A stretch of 63,951 bases of DNA, counting the filler, from Choristocarpus tenellus KU-1152 (lineage: Eukaryota > Protista > Phaeophyceae): assembly GCA_964200185.2 (NCBI GenBank). It is 11 parts of 11 records of this genome, joined end to end, with 100 filler letters (N's around TTAATTAATTAA, not from the genome) between each part and the next. Parts side by side here need not be neighbours in the genome. Positions count along the whole stretch, not along the records: positions 36,723 to 50,273 come from CAXNAD020001453.1; positions 50,374 to 58,255 come from CAXNAD020005450.1; positions 58,356 to 61,260 come from CAXNAD020023757.1; positions 61,361 to 63,951 come from CAXNAD020026481.1; 7 more parts are not named here. One strand, given 5' to 3'. The notes beneath the pieces were generated by a model. It had not been told where the DNA came from. It searched no databases and saw only the letters and a program-made list of their open reading frames with translations. Below are positions 48,470 through 61,379 of this stretch, one piece after another (the stretch's first letter is position 1; each line of letters starts with the position of its first letter). The position numbers and the translations under genes were made by a program.

Positions 48470-50273
48470 AATTGATTGGATGAAATATCCGAGAGAGTAG
48501 TTATTCCTTTCACATGGTCATCTTCAACAACTAGTAACTGTGAGAAGGAGATAAGCCACAAAGAGGGCAACCCCAGCTCACGTCACATTACCTCTCCATC
48601 CTACCCTACAGCCCGTTCAATGGCAGCTCTCCTATATAGAAGTAGATCCATCCAGCTTCACTTCTTGGCAGGGAGGATGCCAGGAAGATGATATGGATAC
48701 TGATGATGAAAATACTTCCCCCCAGGTTTGAATGGCAACACAGAGTGCGGTTTTGAAGGGGGGAGAATGACCATTCTTCTGCGTTTGCAGATATGATGAG
48801 GGTGGTGAGTGACTAGGGTGCAGTCTGCGAAATCCGTCCCTTGGTCATATCATATTGAAGTATAATCCTAAGTGTTGCTGAAGCATGTGGTCAGATAGTT
48901 CAAAACACCAGAATCCTAGTTTGAGGTTCGTTTCCAAAAACCTGCTGCCCACCATGACACAGTTTGACGACGGTCGAGAAAATCTGAAAGAGTATTCAGA
49001 GAAGACCCCAAGCAACATGGATGGCATCTGTGAGGAAGCGTTAGAAGTAATGGTCTTCTTGCCAGGAACTTGTAGACACGGACCCCAATCAGCTTCCTGA
49101 GAAGTGAGTGTGCGTACTTCAACTGAGTTACACAATTGTGATGGTAACAACTTGAAATGCTTAAAGGAGTTGTAGCTAACACTGGGCAAATCCAGAAAGG
49201 TGGATCCACTTCATTTATCGGTCAAGAGACAAACTGTCTTTGTTTGATGCTGCCACATGCGCTTTAAACCGGTGCACCCTTCTACTCCGATATTGCCACT
49301 GTTCACATGCAGTTTTCCAGAGAAATGAGAATGCTTGAGCTAGTTTCATCTACACAGTCAAATAATACAGTAGTCAGTAATAGTATCTTAGAGGGTACAA
49401 ATTTCACTATACTTGTCCATTCAGGGCTTGACTTCCCACAGGCTTATGATTTTTTGCCAAATGTTTCGGAGTAGGAAAAACATATACTTACCGGAAAAGG
49501 TATAATGTGTATGTTCAGAACAGTTTATCCCTTAACTGATAAATGAAGTGGATCCACCTCTCTGGATTTACCCAGTGATAGCTACAACCCCTTTAAGCTT
49601 TCCAAGTTATCATCACAATTGTGTAGCACAGTTGAAGTACGCATGCTCACTTCTCAGGATGCTGATTGGGGTCCATGGCTACAGGTTTCTGACAAGAAGA
49701 CTTGTCCATTACTTCTAACACTTCCTCACAGACGCCATCAATGTGCTTTCCTTGACCGCCGTCAAACTGTATCTTGGTGGGCAGCAGGTTTTTGGAAAAC
49801 TAACCTCAAACTAGGATTCTGGTGTTTCAAACTCTATCTGACCACATGCTTCAGCAACATTTACGATGATACTTCAATATGATATGACCAAGGGACGGAT
49901 TTCATAGACTGCACCCTAGTCACTCACCGTCATATCTGCAAACGCAAAAGATAGATCATTCTCCCCCCTTCAAAACCACACTCTGTGTTGCCAGTCAAAC
50001 CTGGGGGGAACTGGTTTCATCAGTAGTATCCATATCATCTTCCTGGCATTCTCCCTGCCAACAAGTGAAGCTGGATGGATCCAGGATAGGTTCAACCTCC
50101 ATTTCAGTGAGCTCCTCGGTGCCATTGAACAGGCTGTAGGGTAGGATGGAGAGGTAATGCGATGTGAGCTGGGCTTGCCCTCTTTGCAGATTATCACCTT
50201 TGCACAGTTACTAGTTGTTGAAGATGACTGTGTGAAAGGAATAACTACTCGTGGATATTTTGTCCTATCAATT
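48470..50273. repeat. Long inverted repeat: arms about 48470-49228 and 49530-50273, spacer about 300 bp
   Basis: Arm 2 is the reverse complement of arm 1 throughout (e.g. gtggatccacttcatttatc vs gataaatgaagtggatccac; gagtagttattcctttcaca vs tgtgaaaggaataactactc). The right arm runs into the contig end. Confidence 0.92.
49382..49520 (-). mobile_element. Partial MITE A within the inverted-repeat spacer
   Basis: agtatcttagagggtac...gtccatt...gggcttgacttccca...tttcggagtagg. Confidence 0.8.
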
Positions 50274-51101
50274 NNNNNNNNNNNNNNNNNNNNNNNNNNN
50301 NNNNNNNNNNNNNNNNNTTAATTAATTAANNNNNNNNNNNNNNNNNNNNNNNNNNNNNNNNNNNNNNNNNNNNGCCTCGAAGTCTCTTGCTGTGGGACAC
50401 GGAGAGAAGCTCCCAACCTTTAGCAGGTCTGATTTGGAGGGGTTTCATGCAGTGCACCTAAAGTGAAAATATGTACAAACGTACTCCTTTCTAGGCAAAA
50501 AAAAACAAAGGTGGTTGCCATCAGCTATCAAAGCAACTCATATGTAGGGGTTGTCCACACACCGAATCTTGAGCAGAGGGTCAAGGCAAGCTTACAATGC
50601 ACAGCAGTTGTGTGAATGCTCGTTGGGAAGTTGGGGCCATACTCAAAGAATGCCTCGTGATGAAGACAGAGACACAGAGATGACCTAAGTACTAAAGACA
50701 ATGGCATGTGTCAAGCACAGGCGCTCATGACCCCATGAAGGATCTGGTTCGACTCTGAACACCCAACTCCAGAGAGCTCCTGTGCTGAAGGATAAAATCA
50801 CTGATGCAGTCCTGATATCTCCATCCAAATTCGGTCCTAACGTACCTTTGAGTCATCCCCTTGGCCTATCTTCACTGCCTACGGCCCCCCACCTCTACTC
50901 GACACTTCAATTAAAGTACCTTATTATTTATTATTGTGAGTTAAAATAAAATCTTGAATTACCAATGGTTTCTTCCCCATAAAAGGGAAAGAAAAAAACT
51001 AATCGTAACCCCTGCTTCCCTGTTGTAGATTCAACAACAGCAGTGTCACCCTATTGTCAACTTGGGGGATCTCTGGTACAATGACCACTAACCACTTAAT
51101 T

Positions 51102-52498
51102 TTAACCCAATGCAGCCCTAATCCGACCCAGCTGCCGTCTTCCTTGGTTTGCCTCGAAGCTTAGTCCTGCAGCATCTGCCTTCGCAATCGCCTCCTCAAG
51201 TTTTGCGGAATCCTTGCTCATTGCAGCAGCTCGCATTATCACGACGATCTCATCTCGAATGTTTGGTTCTTGGGGAGTCTGCAGTTTCAAGGTGTAAAAG
51301 AGAAGTCAGGAGGAGTGTATAAATTGATATCAACGAGGCAGTAATTAGGTAAAAGAAAACAAAAATTCTTCCCCCAGCATCGATTCTGTATGATGACAGA
51401 TAGATGTCCTCAACTTAACAAAGAGAACGACGGAGGAGGAGAAGGGTGGCATGGGAAGAGCCCCTACAATACTCCATCAGGTTATCTCTTCCAGGACCAA
51501 AATATTCTACCTGGATTTTCTCAACACGATGCTATTAAGAAATCCACAAAAAAAAATGAAACTACCGAGATAGTGATCCTGGAAAATGGGGATTGCAGGA
51601 GGCAGGCCTCTAAACAAGAAGAAATACTAAGTGCAATAGAAGGCAGAAGGTCTCCTGGTCAAGGTGACATGAACCTGTATAATCCAAGAGGCCAATTGAG
51701 GTCTCGAGAAGGGTTTGATATTATCGCTCTACTCACCTCCGGCACCTTCGGTTTGGTATCCTGCTTCTCACTACCGGAAGCAGAACTTGGCTGACTCGTG
51801 GTAGAATGACCACCTCCCCCGTTCCGACCACCACCACTACCCCCCATTCCATGCTGGCGTCCACTGTTGGGAGCTGCTGGTGTTGTATGGGTGGACTTAG
51901 TATTCGTCGGCGCCCCCTTCGTTCGACCCCCTCTCTGGTTCGGTCGCGTGACAGGAGCTGCGGGTGGGGGCACAGGGGTTCCTTCCCTTTGGTGGCGCAA
52001 TTCCATGATGTGCTGGATTGACACCTACCGACACCAAACACGAAGTTGTAAGAGAGGTGAAATTTAGATGTCTACCGAAGATTTATATCAAACAGTATCA
52101 AAATAGCAGAAGTGTAGATGTGTCGACATTGCCAAGAAGGTATCCACTGAGTCCGAACGAGCAGGTGCACTCCTGAAGGATGACCAAGTACCTGCGAAAA
52201 CCTTGATAACTGTAGGTATATTACAAATCATAGAGTGTCCAAAGATCGGCACCAAAACAACAGAATAAAATGAACTTAGACATGGCTCGAGGTGCTGGAA
52301 GGGGATGTTACCACACAGAGAGTCGATGATCTGGGTCATCCTCTGAGTGCATCAAACCTCTAAACTATCGCGAACCTTCAGCTGACTATTAGCCCTCTCC
52401 AGTTCCACCACCTTGGCGCGCTGCTCCTCATACATGCGTTTGTACTTTTCCAGCTCATCTTCCTTTCCTGTGCCTGCCTGATCTGACTCCGATGCCAT
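51102..52498 (-). CDS. Complete hypothetical protein, 195 aa (exons 52498-52376, 52024-51737, 51278-51102)
   Basis: ATG...TAA with two phase-0 GT-AG introns; exon lengths 123/288/177. N-terminal coiled coil ELEKYKRMYEEQRAKVVELERANSQLK, disordered middle, helical C-terminus MRAAAMSKDSAKLEEAIAKADAAGL. Confidence 0.85.
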
Positions 52499-53061
52499 CT
52501 CTGATCCTCAAATTCAACACGTTCAGTCAATTCGAAAAAATTGCTTTGGCATGTAAGTATGGACTAACAAGAGTTTTCGTTAAAAAAATCGATTCGGTTA
52601 CGATTCGGTTACAATTCGGTTAAGATGAACGTCATAGTGTGAAACGGGAGGCGTGTTTCTTCCGGGTGTTTTTTTAGAGGGTTTACCCTCTACAAGTACA
52701 CCTGGTACACTTAGGTGAGGTGGAACTATCCTCTACTAACAACCTCACAAACACCCCCGGTTATTTTCCCTCGTAGAGTGAAACCGTGAGGAAGGGGTGC
52801 AGCCCCTGCACAAGAGCCCTTGTTTCGTATTTGTTTTTATCACCAGGTGAGGGTTTTACTGTGATATCGAGTTAACACGTTGAAGACAAACGACTATTGC
52901 TTCCTCAAGTCTTCAAGCTCTAGTATTTGTTGACTCTACCTCAATTTACTTGTCCCGCCTATTGCCCCCAAAGTTGACGAGTTTCCTTTATTTTGTTGAC
53001 ACCAAAATGATATTTAGGTCAGCCCGACCACGTGTGCCGGGTTGAGCAGAAGAGTTTGTCT
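52499..53061. promoter_or_regulatory. Putative bidirectional promoter with three tandem 11-bp CRATTCGGTTA motifs (52590-52622)
   Basis: 563 bp between divergent ATGs at 52498 and 53062; cgattcggtta cgattcggtta caattcggtta. Confidence 0.45.
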
Positions 53062-56000
53062 ATGGCGAGAAATTCACAAGGTGGATGGGCAGGAACGCAG
53101 TACGTCACTTCCTACCCATCTTACTCAGGGGGATCGTCGGTTCGGGTCACTGCGGGACAAACCAGCACAGCGTCGCCATCCCTGGAGAGGCAACATGACG
53201 CCCAGACACGGGAATCAGGTAGTGGAGACCAAGGCGCAGGTGGTGGAGGTGGTCCTCCACGCATGGGGATGTCTGTGCAGCATCTCAAGAATATGACAGC
53301 ATTGCGAATGGCCCAACAAGGTCAAGGAGCAGGGAGTGTGGGGGTCTCCCAATCCTCTGGACAAGCGCGCCATAATTCTATCCATATCCCTGTTCATGGG
53401 CATGCTAAGGCTCAACAGCTATCACACCAACACCCAGGTAGCCCGCCTCAACACTCCCCTCAGGCGCCACCACTGCCCACTTATTCGCAACAGGGGCGAT
53501 CTCAGCAGTCACGTCAGCAGGTGGGGGTGTGACGATGCAGGACTGTACATTGTGCCAATATCGTGATAGCCAATGATTAGACCTTAATCTACCTTCTCGT
53601 CATCGGGTGTTATCGCCGACAGGATCAAGTCCTTTAAATACCCAATCCCTCAATCATTGTTGAGAACCTGCTAGTTCTCGGGGGATATTGTAATTTAGTT
53701 GACAGAGAAGCATCCCCTCAAACACTTCAGTTCAACCTGAGTGTCAAGTGAACATTCCATAGACAAGATGGAAAGGCTATCATGAATTCTGTTATGCTGT
53801 ACGTTGACTTCCGAGCGTTTGTCAAAAGGAATATCTGGACAATAATATTACGAATTCGTTGGTGCCTACAGTGATGAACATCTCACAATGTACGAAGTGC
53901 TACAAGTTGGGTGATTTTTAACCATAGTACCTTCTTTCTGATGCACTCTCTGTCTATTTTGTTCTTGACATTGTTGGTAAAATGTCTCTGGGAACATCTG
54001 TACTGTAAGGGTATTGCTATTCCCAAACCTTTGACAGAACTCAATTCCTCTAGTACCCTCAAATTGTCCTTGGAACTTGTATCGTTAGCCTCCTTCCAAC
54101 CTGATCACCTTTATAACCTTTTTCTCCACCCCACCCCCACCCTACCCGCACATCATGTTTATGAACTTTCCAATTCCGAAGAGCTTCACCCAACAAAAAT
54201 CCCAATCTGATTTGGGAGGGGTAGTTCTAGGCCCAACACAGCCTCAACCACCACGGCATGTACTTCAGCACCAACGACAACACTCAGCACCACGGCTATA
54301 TGCTGCTCCTTCAGATGAATCGTGAGTCCACTCTCACCTTAGTGAGATAGGTGTGGGGTGGAAAAAAGAGATTTCTAATTAATTTTGAAAGTGTGTTGAT
54401 GCAGTGTGTAAGAGAACGATATTTGTCGTTGATTAGTTGCTCTGCTGAAGTGTGGATCAGTGGAAGACAAAACCATGCCCTGATGATGAATGGTGTGTGA
54501 CAAGCAGTTTCACTTGGATTTACATTCCTTCACTTGGGTTGTACTCCTAGCGAGCCCATTCTCGCCCTCCATTTCCTTCGCATGATCTGCTCAACTCTTG
54601 TCTGTGACATGTTACCCACTTGACCTTCTAGGGGAACCAAAGGAGGAAACCGACTCCCACATGGGCTGTCAGTAGAGGAGCTCAAAGAGATGACCAAGAT
54701 GCGACTGCAGTCTCAGGGGAGGTCAGATTCCTCTGTTATGGGTGGTGGGGGGGGAGCTGGTGCTGTGGGAGGTGGAGGGGGTGGCGGAGTTGGGCTTGGG
54801 GCGCATGGGCCTGGTGGGGTTGTTGGGCAGGCATCAATGTTTGAGCAAGGCGGGGAATGGAGGTCATCAGTGGATGATTTTCAGGGAGAAGGGGGAGGAC
54901 CTCAGAGCAGGTGAGGGGGTGGGGGCATGGCCTGGTGTGAATAGTGTCTGTATCTAAAGCCTGCCCCTGGGCTAACTGATTTATTGCGGTAGACGTGTTG
55001 TGTTGGGCTGTGTTGAGTTGAGTCTCTTTTATTCTCATTTGTTTGCACACAATTGAGAGAGAGGAACACTGGAGAGGGACAGTGATTCAGTGTGAAACGA
55101 TGGTGATTTTGTGGTATTCTATTTGTGTTTTTTAAATAAGATTGGGAAACTGATTTTACATTTTTTATTTACTGCCAAGCTGAAAATACAGAATGGGTGT
55201 GAGCAGGGCATATTTGATTTGCTGTTGGTTTGCTCAAATTTTCCCGCTCAATTATCTAGTGGAAGAGATGTGTTATGTGCAGGTAAGCTTGCAGGACATT
55301 GACCAATCAAAACTGATGTAAATCAAGGTGTTTATCATAGGTGGTTATCTCTCTGCACTGTGTTGTTGAATGTAAGGTTTTCCTTGTTGCTCTGTGCTCT
55401 GTGCCTTTTTTGTCTGACTGTTTCTAGTTGTTGGTACTTTCAGCGTTGCTGATATGCGTTCATGTAGTCATTGTGGAGTTGTTTCATCATGATGTGCTGA
55501 GTGCAGAGTCCGCTGTGGGTAGGGTTTTGCCCTGAGTGGTTTGGGAGTGAAAATGTGAGTCTCTAGTCATCTCTGTTAGACACCTATTGACAACATCACC
55601 ATCTCTCCTTCTGATTGTAATACTCATGTTATTTTCCGTCCCTAACACTACCTATATTGTTGTATGCTGACCTGATCTACTTGGCTATTGTGAAGGCGAG
55701 CCAATTCTACTGGTGTTCCGAGAGCTGCGTTGAGGAAGGAGGTAGTCGGGGTGGCTGGGGGGGGAGGGCGACGGGGCTCTAAGGGGGTCATGGGGGCAAT
55801 GGGAGGTGGAGGAAAGAAGCTGGAGGGAGGGTTGGCAGCTCTTGGGCATACACTGGATGATCGAATGAGGTATGATACATCCCTCTTTCAAGGTTGTCAA
55901 GATGAGTGCGTTGTTTTGATGTTTTGGATGGTGTCTGGGGTGTCTGGGGTGTCTTTGACAGTTGGTCGGTCTTCCTACCACTGCCACAGTGTAAGACTGA

Positions 56001-57963
56001 GGCGTGTACTCTAGGTTACATGTGCAATGCTGATTGTGGGAACTGTTGAGAATTTATGATGCAACGAGCGATTTGAGTTTGGACAGCTATTCCATTAACA
56101 TGGTCTCTGTAAAGGAATTGTGCCTTTTGTTTCCTGTGTGCTGAGGTGCAGAGTGTGTGTATTGCATGTGCTGTATTTGGTTGCATGAGGAAGTACTGTA
56201 CTTCTTGGTCGTCGAAGTAGGCCTTTTGATGAGAGATTCAACTGGTAAGACGCATTTCCTTTCTAGAGCAGAACCTAGTGTGCTCAAGATGACATTGGTT
56301 CAATGGTACAGTTCAACTGTGGTGTGTGTGTAGTTTGACCTAGGACGGTAGTGTATTTAATTCAAGGATATACATGCATACAATAGGAGAGCTGTTGTAA
56401 TCTTGTCATCTTTATTTCGTATACAACTGATGTTCAGGAAGCAGCATCTGTGGAGAAGAATACTCCTCCCCTAGCACACCTTGTCTGCACCAACGTTCCC
56501 TTAATCTCTTTTTCCTCCTCCTTTCACAACTTTTCAGACTCCTCCACCCGGAAGCAATGAGCCCTAAGGTTCTATCTCAGCCGTCCTCCCCGTGCTACTC
56601 CCAGCCAAACTCCCCTGGGTCGTCCGTATACTCCCCAACAATGTCCCCAGCCCCCCGTGGGAATCACCTGACCGGTGAAACCTCTGACGGATTTGGACCC
56701 GAGGGCGACGGAAGCAGCAATGGCAGTGGTAGCGGTAGTTTGCGCATGCGTCATGCTCCAAATTCGCGTGGTAGCAGGGGATCTCTCTTGCGCATTGGTT
56801 CCACATCCTTTGCTTCGCCTCCTGGACCTACGTCATTACCAGGATCTGGTCCAGGGAATATGGTGGGGCTTGGGGTAATGGCAGGGCCAGGTATGATGGC
56901 TGGGTCAGGGGCCGTGGGTGGAGTCATGGGTGCTGGCGGCGTAGGTCAGATGCTGGGACCAGGTGGATTTGATGCGGATGCGATGGGTGGAAGCACTTCG
57001 GAGTCCCATCGGAATCACCTTTTGTCTTACCATGGGTCTCCTCAGTCTACTGTTGGAATCTCAGGATTGGATTATGGGGGTGTTGGTATGGGTAGCCACA
57101 TGGGAGGCGTTGTAGACTTGCAGCTGGGGGAGCGAGCGAGGGCGAAGACAGCGGATTCTGTTGTGGTACCATTGAGGAGGCCGGTGCACCTCCGCATAAG
57201 CAGTGTGGATACCTACAGTGGCAGGGATGAGAGTGACCCTGACAACATAGAGGCCCATGGTGGTGAAGCCGTCGAGCGCGCTGGCGGGGACATAGGGGGA
57301 GGCAGTGTTGTTGGGGGCCAAGAAGGGCGAAATGATGCTGGTGGACCTTGGATGACGGGTTTCCAACCAGGATCCACGAAGAACGCGATTCCTACAGAGG
57401 TGGCAGAATTTGCGCTTTTGACCCCTAATTCGTCGTCGCATCAAAAGCCAGACATGTCACCCATGAAGCTTTGGTCGCCCAAGTGGGGCCTCTCTGGGCC
57501 TGAGGTGGCTAGCAATGGCGAAGGTTTGTGTGTTGGTGTTTTGATGATTGCTGAACCTTACCAATCAACTTCCCCAGTCCTGGTGCTTGTGATTGAGTGC
57601 TGGGTTGGATGTCGCTGGTTGTTTGCTGCAGGTGTTTGGTAGTGGAACCTAGTCTTGTTATCTAAGTGTGGTCGCGCTGGTTTGTATGTTGAAGTTGGCG
57701 TCATCGATGCATGTTGGTTTTGTTTGGTGTGTTGGTTGTTGTCACATTTGTCATTCTTCAGTCGTTTCGATGTTGGAAGCTATTATTATTTCCATGGGGG
57801 ATTTATGGGGATGATTCATTTACACTCTTATCCCTACCCCTCCTTTTCTGTCATGGTCTTGGTTGATAACATCAGATGGCACAGATTATGCTCCCGCCTA
57901 TGTACATCATGGGGAGCAGTCCAATCAGCCTGGTGGTGGACAGCATGGTAGACTCCAAACCAC
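53062..57963 (+). CDS. Large Gly/Ser/Gln-rich hypothetical protein with repeated G[LM]SVxxLKxMT motif (exons 53062 to about 53520, about 54231-54321, 54632-54910, about 55723-55869, 56538-57523, 57876-57963)
   Basis: Motifs GMSVQHLKNMTALRM, PHGLSVEELKEMTKMRL and IPTEVAEFALLTP. Intron phases are consistent from exon 2 onward; the exon 1 donor and the 3' end are uncertain. Confidence 0.75.
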
Positions 57964-60769
57964 GTATGTGACTACTGGGTTATCCATGGAGCACAACCTA
58001 AACGTGAGAGCTGCTTTCTACTTCAGATAGATCTTACAAAGAAAAATCCAGAGGGGGACATCCTGTTCCTGTAATTGATGATGGAATGGTGTATTGCTGA
58101 TGATTTTTTTGTTTTTGTTTTTGTTTTTAACGAGTTTTTGTAGAGGTTTGAGTGTTGGCGTTGCTGAGAGGTGTCATTACGTAGAGTTTCATCGGTGCCT
58201 CCTTTAGATACCATTTCAGCACCCGTGTGATTAAAATCATGCAAGAACTCTTCTCNNNNNNNNNNNNNNNNNNNNNNNNNNNNNNNNNNNNNNNNNNNNT
58301 TAATTAATTAANNNNNNNNNNNNNNNNNNNNNNNNNNNNNNNNNNNNNNNNNNNNGTTGGTCATCAGAGTTGGGGTGGCTGGAAATCAGTGGCAAAGGGG
58401 TTTTGCCCTGGTTGGTCACAAGGGGGGTGGGTTAGAATAGGGAGAGGAGAGGATTAGGGAGGAATGAAAAAATAGAAAATAAAAGAATAATAACAATCCA
58501 GAATTCGTGAGCAAAACAAATGTCAAAATTGACTAGAGATCGTTGATTTCTCTGTTGTTTGAAAGCTTTGGACAGAATGAATAAAATTTACAATATGAAT
58601 TTGAAAAAATAAGCCAAATTTCTACTCGTGTTTGTTGATGTTCTAAAAATACAACCATCTGTACCTCTTACTTTGGCTCATTGCTACCGACAAGAATAGC
58701 AGTAGCACTAATAACACCGAGGGGGTAGAAGACCGCTGAGTGATAAGCAACATTTCGGCGAGTGGGATAGTTAATATGTTGCACTGAGCGATTAGAATGA
58801 GCTCATCCCATAATGTCCTCAACAACCTCCTCAATGCTTACCATTCCTGGTAGTATTTTAAATACTATATGTTTTTGTTGGCCTTCACATCTCTCCTCAC
58901 CTCATCAACCATGCCGTCAGCATTCCTACAGATCGCATCACCATCTTCAACATGAGGCACTCCATCTCAAATTCAAACACCTGGTAGCAGCAGGAGATGA
59001 AAAGGTGGTGAAGAGAATGATAACATACACTGGCATAAGATTCATACCACAATGTCGTTGTCTTTTCTGTTCAGCAGTTGATGGAGACACAATCTGACAC
59101 ATGAAAGTGAGTTGAGTTGCCGCACAGGCCATCACCACTGCACTGTTATAGTCCTTGCTCGGCCCATGTCCCCTCCTCTCGAGAGTAGAACACAGTGCAT
59201 CAAAACGAGAGCATTGCTATGATGTGCACATTATCATCACTGTTCAGAAATCAGCCCAAATGCTGTTCGATCCCGTAGAAACACATTTATCAAAATAGAA
59301 CAACTGCTACCAAATGCACACACTTTCCCAATGTAACCCAATATCTTGCCGCCATAGACAACCAATTTTCCAACACTCCACCCAACCAATTTAGGGCCTG
59401 GTTTTTTACTTCACACGAGGCTTAAAACATATGAATTTCCTTTTCAACACGACTCTTTACTACTCCAAAGTATGTCACCATTAACTACCCCGGAGTACAT
59501 TGTATCTTGCAGTCTTCACTACTCAAACCTTGGAACCCACCGCTCAGATCGATGATATGTGTACACAAGGACTGGAAGATCGATTAAAAACCGAGAGGGC
59601 TGATGACACTACTGCATTCTCAATTTTTCAACGGAGCAAACGGGAAAGGTTGAAGGTGTTGAAGGAATATAACTGACACCGTGTGAAAGATGGAACACTT
59701 TCCCAGATCAAGTGATGCCTTTCATGAGATTTTTCCCGCATCCTTCAATATTTGTCTTTTGCTGCTCCTCTTCTTGTCGTTATCATTGCTGTTATTGTAC
59801 CAATATTTATATTATTTTTAGCGTACCTCATCGGAATATTCAAGGATTAAAAAAAAATAGAATACGCGTGATAAACAATACAGCCGATAGCATGCAGTCA
59901 AACATACCAAAACACCTTACGCCCTCCCTGTGCTGTAGGGCAGGTAACTGACAGCAAGAGATTCGTCGCCAAAGAAGCGTTTACAAAAGTACCCAGGGTG
60001 CAGCATAGATGATTCTATGCTGGGATGCTCTTTTGTTTTCTACTAGTTTTCCAGACATCTCACACACAACAACCAAGGCCCTTTCCTCCCCTTCACCCCC
60101 TCCACACCCCACTTCCCCCATTCCTCTGACCATTATGTCTTTCATTGGTCTAACGAACCCACACCACACATTGTAGAGTTGCAAGCGCATGGTCGATCAG
60201 GATTTTTTTATTGACGTTCATTCAAGCCCCCCTCTCACAGTACTCCATACCATTCCCAGACTTTTGGTCTCGCCACACCGACAATTTAATATCTGAACAA
60301 GTCCTTCAACCTCGTCCCATCTATGGATCCCAGTCTATGCCAAAAGATAGAAAGCAGGTCACCCATTCTATACACTGCCGCCTTAATATGCCCCCTTGAA
60401 GCAGACTTAAGGATCTGAAACCTGTGGATGTGCGAGTGTGTGCATGTGCTCCTTTATTATTCCTTGAGAACATAAATCAGCCATGGAAATATCCGTTTTG
60501 AAATAACTAGCTAGTCTTGTCTGACCCCATCAGCACACCTCTCTCACAGGAATGGAACCAGGTCATAGTGATCTGTGATGCATGCTGATGTCACAGCAAA
60601 ACAAGCACAGTGCTTACCATAGCCCGGCAACTTAACTGTAGATCACCTGAATACTGAAAAAGAAGACTCTGGGGTGTCAAGAACCCATACTATCAATAGA
60701 CTCGGTCGGCCTAGGGTCTTTTAGATGTAAAAACGACCATAGGGATGAGAAGCGCTGAGGTATGCACAC

Positions 60770-60889
60770 CTCCATAGCCGCAAGGAGTCCTTCGTCTAGC
60801 TCAATGAAGCGATGTTTACCGGAAAAGCGCCAGTTGTCGCTCATTTCCTTCGTGTGCTGGGTGTCCGGGTGATCCATCATTTTAGTCAT
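60770..60889 (-). CDS. Isolated probable exon of an unidentified gene
   Basis: cttatAG|MTKMMDHPDTQHTKEMSDNWRFSGKHRFIELDEGLLAAME|GTgtgc, 120 nt, phase 0/0; no partner exons found. Confidence 0.4.
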
Positions 60890-61379
60890 CTATAAGGGTA
60901 GGCACGCCAACAGGTCTTTAGTGTATCAGCGTTTCAAATTTTCGTGTGGAACGGAGTGAAACAAATGATTGTGACGCACTTGACTACCTCGTTGGTCATT
61001 GGGGCTAAGTTACGAAGCAGGTTGTGTGCCATCGATCTTGAACATGAATCTGGCGTGCAGTTCTTTGCATGGAAATGAGATAATCAACTTCAACAGCAAG
61101 TTCTAGCATTTGACCCATAGTATCCTATGGGGGTGGGGGGGGTCAAGTGTCTATTCGGGGTTGGTGTGAACCTGTAGTTATTTTCATGCCGTCTAAGTGA
61201 CTGTGTCAGATGTAAGGGCAATTTCCTTCATCTGAACAGACTTTCCTTTCCATCCCCCTANNNNNNNNNNNNNNNNNNNNNNNNNNNNNNNNNNNNNNNN
61301 NNNNTTAATTAATTAANNNNNNNNNNNNNNNNNNNNNNNNNNNNNNNNNNNNNNNNNNNNCCCCTAGATACTTTGATCC

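Noticed and set aside
59547-59655. Possible plus-strand exon IDDMCTQGLEDRLKTERADD...
   Set aside because: Plausible AG/GT ends, but no homology recognised and no partner exons.
6201-61360. Recurrent TTAATTAATTAA motif, and gene neighbourhoods across it
   Set aside because: Synthetic six-frame-stop linker inside N runs. At 36623-36722 both sides appear to show the same MITE end, so the contigs are not adjacent.
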